Below, one piece after another: positions 55,265 to 55,815 of a stretch of 55,815 bases of DNA. Made by a program: the position numbers and the translations under genes. The notes beneath the pieces were generated by a model. The model was given only the letters and a program-made list of their open reading frames with translations. It had not been told where the DNA came from and did no database searches. The stretch's first letter is position 1; every line of letters begins with the position of its first letter. Origin of the DNA: Candidatus Planktophila sp. (GTDB lineage Bacteria > Actinomycetota > Actinomycetes > Nanopelagicales > Nanopelagicaceae); assembly GCA_044372915.1 (NCBI GenBank), contig JBILRA010000001.1, positions 1-55,815 of the forward strand. Reading direction: 5' to 3'.

Positions 55265-55345
55265 GGCTCTCTGCATCAAGCATCAACGTGGAAACTGGTG
55301 ATAATTTGGATATTCTCCATACAGATATAGACATACAATACGTAT

Positions 55346-55815
55346 GTGACGCTCTCCTTCTACGTCCATATTCCCTATTGCATTAAGCGATGTGGGTACT
55401 GCGACTTCAATACCTACACGCCATCTGAGCTCCAAGACGGAGCAACGCTTGAAATCGTTTCAGGTGATTACATCGATGCGGTGCTCAAGGAACTTGAATT
55501 TGCACCAACAGATCGAGTGCCCACAATCTTCTTTGGTGGCGGAACTCCTTCGCTAATCCCACCTCATGATTTAGGTCGAGTAATCACTGCGATTAAGGAT
55601 AGAAATGGCCTAACGGAAGATTGTGAAATCACTCTTGAGGCTAATCCTGATTCAGTGACGGCAGAAAAGCTTGAAGGCTACTTCGCAGTGGGCTTTAACC
55701 GCATCTCATTTGGCATGCAATCAACATCTACCCATGTTCTTAAGGTCTTAGATCGCACACACGATCCGGAGAACGTAAAACGCGCAGTTGATATGGCACG
55801 CGCTGCAGGCTTTCA
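55346..55815 (+). CDS. hemW: Radical SAM heme chaperone HemW, partial (runs off window)
   Basis: YVHIPYCIKRCGYCDFNTY, FFGGGTPS, EITLEANP and NRISFGMQS; TACAAT-N6-GTG start. Confidence 0.93.
   Translation, partial: MTLSFYVHIPYCIKRCGYCDFNTYTPSELQDGATLEIVSGDYIDAVLKELEFAPTDRVPTIFFGGGTPSLIPPHDLGRVITAIKDRNGLTEDCEITLEANPDSVTAEKLEGYFAVGFNRISFGMQSTSTHVLKVLDRTHDPENVKRAVDMARAAGF

Overview
A 55.8 kb, densely coding stretch of a streamlined actinobacterial chromosome. The gene set (crtYc/crtYd plus blh retinal module, LEU element, very short intergenic spaces, pervasive leaderless starts) points to a freshwater acI lineage (Ca. Nanopelagicales, Planktophila-like); this assignment is inferred. Core blocks are leuA-recO-uppS-zur/ZIP-glyQS-dusB-dgt-dnaG-tRNA-Asn, galT/galK with a GH36 alpha-galactosidase, crtYc/d with blh, FAS-II (fabD-H-acpP-F), glgX, etfBA-iscS-mnmA-ligA, and nadD-rsfS-tRNA-Ala-leuS-comEA/EC-holA-rpsT-lepA-hemW (partial). 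Single accessory genes, mostly encoding secreted proteins, sit between them. I saw no integrase, transposase, prophage or CRISPR array, and no clearly new multi-gene system. The most notable observations are: (1) an integrase-less gene cassette between a decayed and an intact copy of the hemW 5' end; (2) a cold-shock gene with promoter, leader and RBS intact but start codon and first ~14 codons missing; (3) about 20 genes with TANNNT-N6-start leaderless architecture, which also exposes an unannotated 39-aa membrane protein; (4) a probable CTG start for comEC; (5) a stand-alone DnaX-C-terminal-like domain coupled to a GH25 muramidase; (6) a structured leader upstream of a DUF3145-like gene.
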